DNA of 64,000 bases from Flaccisagitta enflata (taxonomy: Eukaryota), in contig OZ231126.1 in the NCBI GenBank assembly GCA_965153355.1, forward strand, positions 3,348,001 to 3,412,000. Reading direction: 5' to 3'. Positions 15,901 through 27,554 of this stretch are shown here, piece after piece. The notes below the pieces were generated by a model. That model did not search any database. It was not told the origin of the DNA and was given only the letters and a program-made list of their open reading frames with translations. The first letter of the stretch is position 1, and every line of letters begins with the position of its first letter. The translations under genes and the position numbers were made by a program.

Positions 15901-18900
15901 GCATATTATTGCGCAAAAATGGATTATTGAAACCAAATACGGATGAATATGTCGCTCATGTGTTTGTAGTTAATGGATGGCCTGGATGGCAAGCTCCATA
16001 GAGCATGGCAATGTGGCAAATAAGTTGGCGAGGTAGTCGACGGTGAGGGGCACCAAACTGTAAAAGTAACTATGGCATAGGACACTTTGTAATGCTGGTT
16101 TCTGCTTAACCATTGGCCTGAGACACAAAAAATTCATGACCATTTGAAAGCCCTTCAAAAAATCTTCCAAATGCGACGTTGCTGGTCATTATAGCTTTAT
16201 TCGTTTAAAAGTGGCAAAGGTTTGAAGATAAAAATCACTGTTTGGAAAAAGTGCTCATTTCAAATTTTTCCGACAAGCAATTTAAGTCTTTCAGTTTTTG
16301 TCAATGATGAAGCTTAGGATTGTCTTTGATACTCGATATCCATGGGCAAATTAAAGAGCTTCGAATTGTCTTTAAAATGGCGCCAAGAACAAATATCTCC
16401 CTTAATGCGTTTGATTTTTGTGTTAAAATAAAGATAACCCCTTAAAATCACGTAGTAAATTTCCAAATTTTTGACAGCCTGTCTTCATCCTAATGCCATT
16501 TTTAAACGGTTAAAGTTAGGCCATCCAGAAAGGTCTCATTTGAAAGATCTTTCGCAGAGCTTCAAAGTGGTCATGGATTTTGCTATGTTTTTCTCATTGC
16601 ATGAATGTAAGACACTGACATACAAGTGGTTCGCTTTTTGTTTTTTGCCATGGTTAGTTTTTTTCCCATTCCATTTTCTATAGCTTCTCTTTAGAGCGTC
16701 ACTGACTCACTGCGTCCAAACGAATTGACCGATTTAAACGCGGTTTGCGGCAAACACTTCGTCTTTCGAAGAGCTTCAAATAGGTCACCAATAAAGCCAT
16801 GATTATATCATTTTGAGCCGAGAAATATAGGTAAATGTACTGTCCTGTTTTTAATGCACCGCACTGTAGTGGCGGAAAGTGGCGGAAAGTGCATTATAGG
16901 CGGAATTCTGTTAGAGGCAATATAAGAAATAACTAGGCCGGATACATGGCAACCCCAGTTGCCTGTGGGTGGGCAGGTGCTGTATTCAAGGTCACCAGAG
17001 CATTTGGGCAGGGGCAGTGCGGTCAAAGAATAAATAGTCGCAAAAGCGTTAGATGGTCAGCGGTACCCGTTGCCCCTATGTAAGTGTATGTGGGTGTAAG
17101 GTGGTTAGAGGGGCAGCGGCCCCAAAGGGGCTGATGACCTATGCTGTTTTTATTTGCATAGGCGGAATCCCGTTGGTGGCGGGTCCCTTAGAGCGGGATT
17201 CAACTGTACAAAAATCAATGAATGTCTTTTTAGTACATCTCTGATTAATACTTAACAACATACTGAACATGACTATATTTTAACTCCTAAGCTAGGTATG
17301 ACTTTGGAATTTCACTAACGCATGCCTGGATAAGGTTTGCTGATGCTATATTACAAATCGCGTATCGGCTAGACTTTCCAGCGGATTCCCCCACTGGACG
17401 ACCGTGGCAGGTACTACATGAATTAGAAAAAAAGACGCACCTTTACATTTGCTGATAAAACTGACTCAAAAAGTGTTAAAATTTTTTTTTAGAGGAAGTG
17501 ATTTTGAAGATTTTCAAATTATCTTTCATTCTAGACCAATCCCAGATCTGTATCTTCAACGGTTTAGGAGCTAGAGCGCTCTAAAGTGAAACACCATTTT
17601 GCTGAATTGCATCTTTTTCAAAGGAACTGCAAAAACAAATTTGGCAATATTTTTATTCAAACTAATGCCATTTCTAAACGAAAAAAGATAGAGATACCAG
17701 ATTGGCGCCAAATGAAAGAGTTTTTCAAGAGCTTCAAAATGGTCTAAGATTTTAATTAGTTTTTTTATTTTCAATGGCGCAATCAGCCATTCAAAAGTGC
17801 GTCTTTTTTTTTAATTCATATAGTATTAAGCACCCTCTTCGAAATGACCGTTTTTAGTTCCTGTTGCCGCAATCTGATAAGCTTTGTTTGCTCTACCCCC
17901 CCTCCCCACCCCCTTCCAAACATGTGTCCAAAGACAGAATCACAACTACAGTATCTGAAATTAGTGAACAGAAATGTCGCATCCACAATATGAATCATTG
18001 ATGAAAACCGTCTTAATTCCACCCCGAAATGGATACTGATCTCAATTCTAGGCAGTTTTTTTGTGATTTTAGGCCCGTGGGTCACATTTGCAAAGCATAA
18101 AGAAACAGACAAAGAGGAGAATGCAGCAAGAGTTCATAAATCGTCTGCACTTGCGTGTTGATTTTCCTATACCTGGGGGAAGTGGAAACTCTTTGAATGG
18201 CAATGTTGCAAGGAAATTGTTTCATAACGAAAAGGTATGTCAGGCTGCAAACCAAGCCAAAATTTAATGAGTCAACACAAGATTTGGACAATTTTTGATA
18301 TCATCAAATAATGAGTTTTTTAACTAGATTTTTTTGTATTCATCTGTGATATTTTTGTGAAAAATACTAGTAATGACAGCCGTCGCCATAAGGAAAAAAG
18401 TCATGAGGAAAAGAGTCGTAAGCATTGGCTTATTTCCACTTAGCTTTTGTCTTCAGTCACATTCACAGCAATTTTTTTAATTAGTAAGAATTAATCTGGA
18501 GCAACTGTATATCCTGTCTAGAGCAAAAGTATGGCAATAGATGTTTTGAGCAATATCTCCGCTTAGAATAAAAAATCCATATAGACATCAGTGAGATTCT
18601 AAAATAAGAACAAATTTTTGATGCAATGACGCAAACTGCATTCATCAAGATAAAAGTATTTAGAAATCACAGAAAAAACAAGATTGCTACTCCAAATCAA
18701 AAATGACAAAAAAATTGCAGTTAATTATTAAAAGTTAGCACTCTGACACATTGCGCTGTAAAAAAAATTCAATCTAAATTTTTCAGAACTAAATCTTTAA
18801 AAATTGATAACTCAAAAAATATTTATTGTAAAAAATTCTGCTTGGTGACAAATGAAAACAAATTATTAAATTTTCTCACCCTATCAATATCATTTGAGGC

Positions 18901-21900
18901 TTCAAATAGCCGGATGAATTCCTAAACTTTCTCATAAGAAATTGAAATGTTTCTTAGCAATGTGTCAAAAAGTCGAAGACTGACTTTGACTTTTTTCCCG
19001 ATAATTGATATCTCATTTAGATGTAAGAAAAATGGGTCATGTTAGGTAATTCAACCCGGTGCACTTGTTTTTCCCCACAAGGACAAATCTTTAATTCAAG
19101 CTTACTCGAGCTAAAACATATAAAACCAAACCCACACCTAACCCTCACCCTATCCCTTATCCCTACTCTATCCCTAACCCTAAAACCCACCCCACCCCCA
19201 AACCCTAACCCCACCCCAAAACCCTAAAACATTACCCGCTTAAAAACACTTAAAAACAAAAGACACGAACGTGACCGAAAAATGAAGATGAATGATGCGA
19301 AAATGGTGGATTTTTGAAGAAAATCAGATTTTGCGAACAGTTTTGTCTCGGGTGAAATTCTAAGCCCGCTTCTAATTAGATACATTTGCATTTCCAAAAA
19401 ACATAGCCCACTGAAAACATAATAGAATAAGGATATGTTCTTAGATTTGCAAAAACTTGCATGTGGAGACAGTCTTATAGTTTTACCCAAATACTTTATA
19501 AATTTGCACTACTTGATTTTCAGAGAATTCTTGCAAAGCAGTCATTATTTCCGTCTCCCATCAATGCAATATCAAGTTTGTTGGTTTGTTTTCAGTTGCG
19601 GACACGCAACTCTTTAAGAGGCTTTGTCGGTCCGTCTGTCGGTCCATCCGTCGGTTCTTTCGTAACCCACAAGTCTAGAATTGGAAAACAAGCGTTTTAG
19701 ATGCCTTTTTTTGTTTGGGTGTTGATGGTGGGGTTATGGGGTGTGGATGGGGGTTGGATGCCCTTGCCCACCCGTCCGCAACGATATTGTGACCCCGCGT
19801 CACGTGTAATTGTTAAGCATTGTATATGAGAATAGTAAGATTAAACAAGGCCGGATACACGGCCACCAGTTGCGGACGGGTGGACAGGGGCGGATATGCG
19901 CGTTTTCACACATTTCGATTCGTGCTGACGGATGGACAGACGGACGGACGGACAAAGCCTCTCATAGAATTGCGTCTCCGCAACTACAAAACTAAGTATA
20001 CTTTGATTTTATAAAATATAAGAGTAGGTTATGAATTTGTATGGTTGACCAATTTTGCCTTTGTTTGCACTGTAACGTCTCAGGAACAGCCAGCCGATTT
20101 ATTGTGTAAATCGCAACCTGAATATTGTTTTCCAAGGCTATAGAGGAAAAAGGTTCTTCATTGGACTTTTTGTTACTTACAGATATTCTCAGAGATTACT
20201 AAAGTTGATCTAGACATGATCCAAAGATTACACAACATCCTTAAGACACTGAACTGCGGCTACGAAGTTGATTGGGATGCGTTTCACAATTACGGTACAG
20301 CCATCAGAGTAGAATTAGCAATGTGATTGTTGGGGGGGGGGTCTGAGGAGGTTTTGTTGGGGGGGGTTCACCCCTGCCTAGCCATCCACAGCAATATTGT
20401 TATATCAGGTTGTTTCAGAGCTCTTCAGTGTCAGGCTGATATTTTTCTAACATTTTATAGCTGTGGATACTGCGCGGAAGATGCGTCTTTTGTATCCATT
20501 TGCGCCACCAACACCTAGTGTTCACTCGATTCTCATTCACGGAGCTAAAATGCTCAAGAATATGCCTCTTCCCGCCACCTTTTGGGATGAGGGTGAGTGT
20601 AAAGCAAAATCAGTGACATAGACAAATACATTAACATTCTGTGCTTAACCTTCACAGAAAACTGACAAGTAGCCCTTATATGTTGATGTTGCATTAAATG
20701 ATTGTATCAGGAAGATTTTCACTTTCAACCGCTGGGAAAGTACACGAGAGTTGCGTAGATCATTTGGTTATGACTCTATCTCAGAAATTTATGCAAAACG
20801 ACAACGAAATTTTTTCAGTTGTCTCCACCTCACTGGTAATCCTGTCTTAGTGAAAATACGATCTCTCACACTTGAAACAAACCAATGATATTGGTTAAAC
20901 AACTACTAATTTCTATGCATTCTTTTTTTTTTAACTCCTATTCTCTGAATGATGAACGTATGTACTGTCGCAAATTTCGTTGATGAATAAACAGCATGTA
21001 ATAAATGATGCAGGGTCGGCAGAGTCTGCAAACAAAGATGACCGTAAAAACCGCGTCGATTTCGCACGAAAAGTTAGTCGTGAAAGTAATCTTACCGACG
21101 TCGTTCACAAACACATCGAGTGTTCGGATCCTTTGGTTTTGGAGGCCAGGGAGAAAATCCATATGCGCTTGAAAGTGAAAACTCCACCAACGCCAGCAAT
21201 GCTACCATTACTCAAGCGGGATGCAGATGGAAACTACTATGGGGTTGAAAAACGACTTTCTTCATCAGGTTTCTCCCTATATTCTTGAGATCCAAGTAGC
21301 ACGAAGTCGGCAATATATGGTCAGCGCAAATGTGCCATTGATCTGCATAAGTGGTTTAGGATTTAATTTGGCCAGAATCTGGGTCAGCTCTGTCGTCTAC
21401 TGTGTTGGTGCATCCATCCGTCAGTCAGTGTATTGGTTTGTATGTCCATTGAATTTTCTTATGAAACACAGCTCTTGGTAGTGTAGATGTTGTCTAGATT
21501 TGAAAATAGGGGGAATTCATGTCAGAACAAGGCCGGATACACGGCTACCCCAGTCGCGTGCGGGTAGGCAGGAGCAGTGCAGGAGAAGGTCACTAGAGTG
21601 GTTTGGAGGGAGCAGTAGGCTCAAAAAGCTCAAAATGCCGAAAATGCTAAAAAATATTGATTTTTTTTTTCTGAATTACATGGAAATGAATTTCCATGGC
21701 AACCTACACCTATTATCAATAAAGCATTTTCATATTAGTTTATATTCCAAGTATCAGTCTTTAATGCTTATTTGCCTTCTCACTATGAATTCCCCGTATT
21801 TCCATGTCTAGACGATTTATACATTAGTTTTTGAATGTGGCTTTGTCACATATTCCATTAAACAGTTCTGTCTCTTTTCATGAGTCTTTTCATCGCAATA

Positions 21901-22122
21901 TCAGCATGACACGGATGGTGCATCATTGTATGATCAAGCTTGTATTCTTTAATCATGGCCTGCTCAACTACTTGCTGATAATTCCGTTGTCTATCAGGCA
22001 TTGGTTCTGAGTATCCATTGACAAGCGGATGCGAGAGTGACATTGAATCGGAGGGCGGCTACGATAGCGATTGCAGTACAGAAAGTGCATGTTATTCTTC
22101 AGAAGATGAATGTGACGAGTAA
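7053..22122 (+). CDS. Intron-rich Transib/RAG1-core-like DDE transposase, 16 predicted exons, ~760 aa, apparently intact
   Basis: join(7053-7158, 8058-8218, 9406-9550, 10334-10430, 11323-11592, 13116-13306, 13861-13943, 14811-14877, 14973-15049, 15653-15833, 17292-17410, 18073-18234, 20183-20294, 20461-20592, 21014-21268, 21998-22122) = 2283 nt. All introns are GT-AG with compatible phases. Motifs in Transib order: GRKRKCF..TKKK, EGLALL..SKSRY..IYPS, FKWGMDG (D), VPL, NRPI..KET, SMIDGK (D), [60 protein letters not shown] (E), ARK.SR, SDP. The first and last exons are less certain; an alternative stop lies at 21286-21288. Confidence 0.9.
8058..8218 (+). CDS. Transib transposase exon 2 (LKADFNQY...[15 protein letters not shown])
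   Basis: TTCCAG| acceptor, CAG|GT donor, open frame. Confidence 0.7.
9406..9550 (+). CDS. Transib transposase exon 3 ([18 protein letters not shown]; resembles the GRP motif of the RAG1 nonamer-binding region)
   Basis: TTTCTAG| acceptor, G|GTATA donor, phase 0 to 1. Confidence 0.8.
10334..10430 (+). CDS. Transib transposase exon 4 ([12 protein letters not shown]...LLRELYNK)
   Basis: CTTAG| acceptor, |GTGAGT donor, phase 1 to 2. Confidence 0.8.
11323..11592 (+). CDS. Transib transposase exon 5 (SPMEGLALL...[17 protein letters not shown])
   Basis: TTTTCTGCAG| acceptor, AG|GTACT donor; Transib EALAL/LSK..Y/YPS..AK motif. Confidence 0.9.
11808..12776. repeat. Interspersed repeat carrying a 9-bp AGAGACATA/AGAGATATA tandem array and a C-rich tract (Transib intron 5)
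   Basis: Starts AACAAGGCC and ends GAGACGCGAGGACGCATCTAAAA; array at ~12115-12690. Confidence 0.7.
13116..13306 (+). CDS. Transib transposase exon 6 with the first catalytic Asp ([15 protein letters not shown] codon 13258-13260)
   Basis: Matches the Transib KWGxDG..GQ..Y motif (RAG1 D600 equivalent). Confidence 0.93.
13861..13943 (+). CDS. Transib transposase exon 7 ([14 protein letters not shown])
   Basis: CAG| acceptor, |GTAAGT donor; VPL motif. Confidence 0.85.
14133..14456. mobile_element. hAT-type MITE in Transib intron 7, itself nested in another small element (~14003-14513)
   Basis: CAGGGGTGTATATTATTGAG...CTCAATAATATACAGGCCTG with 8-bp TSD CCTATAAC. Relatives at ~27689-28013, ~32760-33234 and 56579-60123. 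Confidence 0.8.
14811..14877 (+). CDS. Transib transposase exon 8 (IWFN...[10 protein letters not shown])
   Basis: TTTGCAG| acceptor; IW.N...RPI motif. Confidence 0.85.
14973..15049 (+). CDS. Transib transposase exon 9 ([20 protein letters not shown])
   Basis: CTTAG| acceptor, GAG|GTATC donor; completes the KET motif across a 95-nt intron. Confidence 0.85.
15653..15833 (+). CDS. Transib transposase exon 10 with the second catalytic Asp (SMIDGKV; D 15716-15718) and CPLC zinc ligands
   Basis: Transib TMIDGKV...CxxC motif (RAG1 D708 equivalent). Confidence 0.93.
15862..16866. mobile_element. Tc1/mariner-type non-autonomous element in Transib intron 10
   Basis: Inverted ends sharing GCATTAAAAACAGGACAGT, flanked by TA on both sides. 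Confidence 0.7.
17292..17410 (+). CDS. Transib transposase exon 11 ([14 protein letters not shown]...AYRL...WQ)
   Basis: Matches Transib FGLS.LHAWIRF...SYRL. The phase requires the AAG acceptor at 17289-17291. Confidence 0.9.
17414..17823. mobile_element. TA-flanked MITE at the start of Transib intron 11
   Basis: CTACATGAATTAGAAAAAAAGACGCAC vs inverted CTATATGAATTAAAAAAAAAGACGCAC. Relatives at ~37668-38081 and ~29125-29293. Confidence 0.7.
18073..18234 (+). CDS. Transib transposase exon 12 (ARG...LRVDFP...[13 protein letters not shown])
   Basis: TTTTAG| acceptor, AAG|GTATGT donor; GN..AR motif. Confidence 0.92.
20183..20294 (+). CDS. Transib transposase exon 13 ([19 protein letters not shown]...GYEVD)
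   Basis: TTACAG| acceptor; matches Transib S.ITG.D..LI.R...IL....GY.ID. Confidence 0.9.
20461..20592 (+). CDS. Transib transposase exon 14 (LYP...[10 protein letters not shown]; HxxxxH zinc ligands)
   Basis: TTTATAG| acceptor, G|GTGAGT donor. Confidence 0.92.
21014..21268 (+). CDS. Transib transposase exon 15 with the catalytic Glu ([10 protein letters not shown] 21022-21024), ARKVSR and SDP
   Basis: RAG1 E962-equivalent motif. The frame could alternatively run on to TGA at 21286-21288. Confidence 0.9.
21998..22122 (+). CDS. Probable terminal exon 16: acidic tail (...[29 protein letters not shown])
   Basis: TATCAG| acceptor, phase-compatible with the donor at 21269, strongly D/E/S-biased, ends at TAA. 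Confidence 0.55.
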
Positions 22123-22598
22123 TTGGCAGTGGCGGGTGCCATTTCATTCTTTGTAAAGATTTTTGGGTTACTTATTGAATTTCCAATGATTGGTTACTAT
22201 TTGAAGTTGTTCAGTTGTGGAGGGTTTATCCGTTCATAGGCTCGTTTGTTGGTAACGTTTGAGTAAAAATTTTCGAAAAGCAGTTTTGCATTTGTTTGTT
22301 TGTCCGCAACTGAAGTTCTGAAATTCTGAATTAGGTTGGTTCAGTCAACTAATTTCCTTTCCTTTCCCTCATGACGTTCTACTATTTCAATCATACAAGA
22401 AATGATGATGTTGCTTCATTTACAAAGAAAATCTTTAACATGTTTTGAGAGGTCTGTGTTTTTTGCACTAGGCTGAACGCTAGGAAGTAGAAAGATGCAA
22501 TAGTTGTGTATGTGCATGTGTATTTTTGTGTGTGTGTGGGGAGGGGGGAGTGTATGTGTGTGTGCGTATGTGGGTGTAAGTATGTGTGTGGGGGACGG

Positions 22599-22670
<72 letters not shown>

Positions 22671-23517
22671 CTTTATCATGGAAAAAAGTCGCATTAGAGT
22701 TGAAAGTTGGGGTAGAAATAAAGTTATCTTATTTTACTTTGAACAAGGCCGGATACACGGCTACCCTAGTCGCGTGCGGGTGGGCAGAAGCAGTACTGGA
22801 GAAGGTCGCTAGGGCATCTGGGCAGGAGCTGTATGCTCAAAAAGAAAAAGTAAAAAGGGGACCAACCAACCAACCAATCGACTGACCGACCGACCGACCA
22901 ACCGACATAGCGTGATGTAAAGTCACGTAGCACGCGACTTAAAAAAGATAAGAGCGGGCAACCCGTCAGTCCATCCGTCCGTCGCTCACGCTTAGCTTTT
23001 TTAGCGCTTACGGGCGGTTTTGGAGTTACTGCTCCTGCACGGCGGCACCATTGACGGACATAGACAATTTTGAGTGTGCAGACCTCTGACTGGTCAAGAA
23101 AGGTCCCACAGCATGTGGTGAACACCAAACACCCGTTGGCAAATTATTCCGAAGGCAAAAAATTGATTACACAACACTTTTGTATGACTGCGAAAGTCCC
23201 AAACTTGAGTTTCTCAGATATCGTTTTTCTTTCTATCTACGTAGGAAGTTCTTACTTTGTCGCTTGCAAAAATCAAAGTACTGCGTAAAATGCAGTAACA
23301 GATGAAATTTTTTTCAATATTCTGAGTTTTGGGTATGCTGGAATGTCTCGTCAACAGCATCCATAGAGTAAACGCCAAGATCAATATCGCTATTTTCCGA
23401 CAATTGAAAACTTGAATGTTAATCAGGCCGTTAGTATCTGTCTGTCAATTTGTCAATGTCTGTCTTTCAGAATTGTCTGTCTGTCTTTCTCTGTCTCTCA
23501 CAGTCTCTGTCTGTCTG

Positions 23518-23552
<35 letters not shown>

Positions 23553-23557
23553 GTTTC

Positions 23558-23598
<41 letters not shown>

Positions 23599-23660
23599 GC
23601 CTCTCTCTCTCTCTCTCCCTCTCCCTCTCCCTCTCTTTCTCTTTCTCTTTCTCTTTCTCT

Positions 23661-23709
<49 letters not shown>

Positions 23710-24019
23710 CTTGTGCGTGTGTCGGGGGGGGGGGTTGGCCTGTTAAGTGTTAATGTAACTGCTCTGAAGGCATTTGGGCCCACCTGTCAATTTCTTTTTA
23801 CTCGTTGCATGTACGTAACTGGAACTGCTTGTCGGTTGGTCCATCTATATACGTCTATTTAGCCAGCTGGTCATCACTGTCATCACTGTCATCACTGTAC
23901 ATTTATCTCCATACATCATACGAAAATCTTATTCTTTACCAAAATAAATATTATAATGCGAGATTCGAATTCAAATACTTTTCAACCATTCAAAAATACG
24001 AATACAACAATTCAATCTT

Positions 24020-25038
24020 TCAGGTGTGACGAGCATTGTAGACCGTAACGCTTTTAAGCAACTTTGTCGCGTACGAGGTGGCGTTGAGATCTTTGACAAT
24101 GTATCCTTTGTAGTGCGCATCGAAGTCCGCATGTAATGCTTCCCCCGCAGACTCATTCAGCAAAGCTGTTCCGTGTCCTATAGAGGATCCCAATCATAAA
24201 ATGACAAATTTCATTTTCATACACAAAAAGAAATAAAAATGAAAATACATGTACACACGCACTCATGTTTACCATCATGGACGTAAAAGAATCTACTATG
24301 TACTGTCAAGCGAATATATGAGGATACAGTCGTAGTTTAAGCACCTGTGCGCGCCAACTCTTCCGGCAATTTTGTGCAATTTTGGAAATATTGGTATTTG
24401 CAGATCCATCCAGCTCCTTTCAAACTCATTGAGGTATCTCATGTAAAACGGATCCAAGTTGTAGCCAAAACAGGCGGTTACAACGGCATCGAAAGCTTTA
24501 AACACCGTCAGAAAGCGATAATGTTCCCCCGGGAGTAGTTCATCAAGGAGATCCAGGTTCCTCAGTAAAGTATTGCATTCGTTCCCCTGATGCCAAATGG
24601 ACAAAAAGAGCTTGTTGCGTGCTGTTGGATAGACTGACAGGATGTCATGAAAAACTGACAAACCGACATATTAGTTCCATATGATGCTGTGGCTTAACTG
24701 ACGAGGCTGATACAGGCATATTTACAGACCAGACGTCTGGAGGACTTAAAACGGCAATGACATACGGGCTGAAATACGCAATTCAAAGGTTTTTCCATGA
24801 TATTCCTCGTTCGTAACACCAAGTTTGGTAGGCCAGACATGAAATTCAGGCCACCTCGATTCCAACGCATCACAAAGCTTGTTGACAATTTCAAGAAAGA
24901 TATGTAGTGCAGGAAAACCAAACGACTCCGCCACCTCCAACTCGGCGTCACGGGTAATCAAAGGTTCGTTTTTGACGCTAAAGCAAAGTTTTCCGTCCTT
25001 CGCTCGCTTTTGAGATTTTGCATACTTCTCGTATTTTT
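24020..25038 (-). pseudogene. Chapaev-like transposase C-terminal exons (pseudogene)
   Basis: Exons 25038-24782 (..FPALHIFLEIVNKL..WP..YHGKTFE; donor reads TT instead of GT), 24586-24345 (GNECNTLL..VVTACFG..PKLHKI, with a frameshift), and 24177-24020 (HGTALLNESAGEALHADF..VYNARHT*, containing the likely catalytic Glu). A degenerate Cys/His N-terminal remnant lies near 30173-30310. Confidence 0.8.
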
Positions 25039-25149
25039 CTGAGCAATGATTAGTATAAGACAGAGGGTGAAACGGAGATAAAAATGAAGAGACTGATGAA
25101 AAGAGATGAAGAGACCGACAAAGGTAAAGGAGAGAGGGGCAGTGATGCG

Positions 25150-25418
<269 letters not shown>

Positions 25419-26526
25419 GCGCGCGAACACACATACAACCAAAGAATAATAGTCGCAAAAGCGTCAGATGGTCAACGCTACCCGTGCCCTGCCTAAGTAG
25501 GTTGTGCTTGAATTTGAAGGGGAAGCAGGGCAGCGGCCCCAAAGGGGTAGATGACCTATGCTTTCGCACATGTGGGGAATTTTCTCCTCCTCCTCCTCCT
25601 TCTCCTCCTTCTTTGTCCCTTCCCCCTCAAATCCCAGTCTTGAGGCCAAAATTCCTGTCTTGAGGCCCAAATCCCAGTCTCAACGCCCAAATCCCAGCCT
25701 AAAGGCTGAAATCCTAGCCTGGAGGCCCAGATCCTTGCCTTGAGGCCCAAATATCAGCTTCAAGGTTGGGATCTGGGCCTCTTGGCTGGGATTTGGACCT
25801 CAAGGCTGAGATTTGGGCCTCCAGGCTAAGATCTGGGCCTCCAGGCTAGGATTTGGGCTTTGAGGCTAGGATTTGGGCCTCAAGGCTAGGATTGCCGGAA
25901 ACCTTTTCCACTTGATCGCCTTTGAAGTTGAAATGACAAAATCCCTCGAAACATAGGCGTTCCTCGCGTGAGTCTTGAGTCAAGATCATCTTCACTTTGG
26001 CTTCGGATATCATTCTCTTTTGAATAAAATATAATTCGAGAAGGTTTAATTTTTCTTATGGTTCAATGGACTACCAGTAGCTACAGATGGAATGACGCGT
26101 GTAGGAACAGAGCGACGGACAACTTCTTTAAAGGATTTGCATTTAATCAAAAGAAATGCAGCGATTAGCTAACCTCAAATTGTATTGTATTTACAATACC
26201 TGGAATTAGTAATTTGAATGTTGACTGAAAAAAAATCAACGACGTGATTATTATCAGGACATTCATCGTGCTGTAATCGGACAATTTACGGGCGTCATCT
26301 AGCTTATCTTTTTATGAGTTTACAATTACAAAAGCGCATTTCAAAAGTCATGTTCACTACTAGAGTGGTCACTATTTGACCTTTTCATCTTGGTATTCAC
26401 GGCATTAACATGGGCCATCCACAACATCCAAACACCATTTTTCTAAAAGGGCATTACTCTTCATGCATCTGAAAACCCTGCGGAGTAAGATAGGGTGATG
26501 AAAGTGGATGTTGTTTTTTTTTTGCA

Positions 26527-26735
26527 AGCTCATAGGTTATGGCTATCCATTTGTTTTCTTGTGTAATCAACCGGCAAGGGGAAAACATCATAAAGTGCGA
26601 TCTGATCACATTTATAGGATTAGTAATAAAGGCTAAGTACCCATTACTACAATCCAGAACCCCCCCCCCCCTAAAAAAGGTCGTTTATTAAGAAATGGCA
26701 TCTTTATTTCATTCAAGTTTTCTTTCATTGAATGA

Positions 26736-26823
<88 letters not shown>

Positions 26824-26858
26824 TGTGTGTGTGTGTGTGTCTGTGTGTGTGTGTGTGT

Positions 26859-26911
<53 letters not shown>

Positions 26912-27234
26912 CGAAAGTATACAAATACAACAAGGCCGGATACACGGCTACCCCAGTCGCGTGCGGGTGGGCAGGGGCCATATTTGAGGTCAGTGGACCG
27001 TTTGGGCAGGAGCCGTAAAGCCAATAGCTCATAGGTTATGGCTATCCATTTGTTTTCTTGTGTAATCAACCGGCAAGGGGAAAACATCATAAAGTGCGAT
27101 CTGATCACATTTATAGGATTAGTAATAAAGGCTAAGTACCCATTACTACAATCCAGAACCCCCCCCCCCCTAAAAAAGGTCGTTTATTAAGAAATGGCAT
27201 CTTTATTTCATTCAAGTTTTCTTTCATTGAATGA

Positions 27235-27322
<88 letters not shown>

Positions 27323-27369
27323 AGTGTGTGTGTGTGTGTCAGTGTGTGTGTGTGTGTGTGTAGGGGGGA

Positions 27370-27442
<73 letters not shown>

Positions 27443-27554
27443 CGAAAGTATACAAATACAACAAGGCCGGATACACGGCTACCCCAGTCGCGTGCGGGTG
27501 GGCAGGGGCCATATTTGAGGTCAGTGGACCGTTTGGGCAGGAGCCGTAAAGCCA
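26527..27554. repeat. Direct tandem duplication, unit ~500 bp (26527-27025 and 27026-27554)
   Basis: Near-identical unique sequence plus GT/CT microsatellites, repeated twice. Confidence 0.9.

Noticed and set aside
19120-19226. Telomere-like (ACCCTA)n tract
   Set aside because: Short, degenerate and embedded in an intronic interspersed repeat.
7053-22122. Calling the gene a true RAG1 orthologue
   Set aside because: No RING or N-terminal zinc region is visible, the key motifs (KWGxDG, MIDGK, HAWIRF) are Transib-type, and it lies within TIRs.
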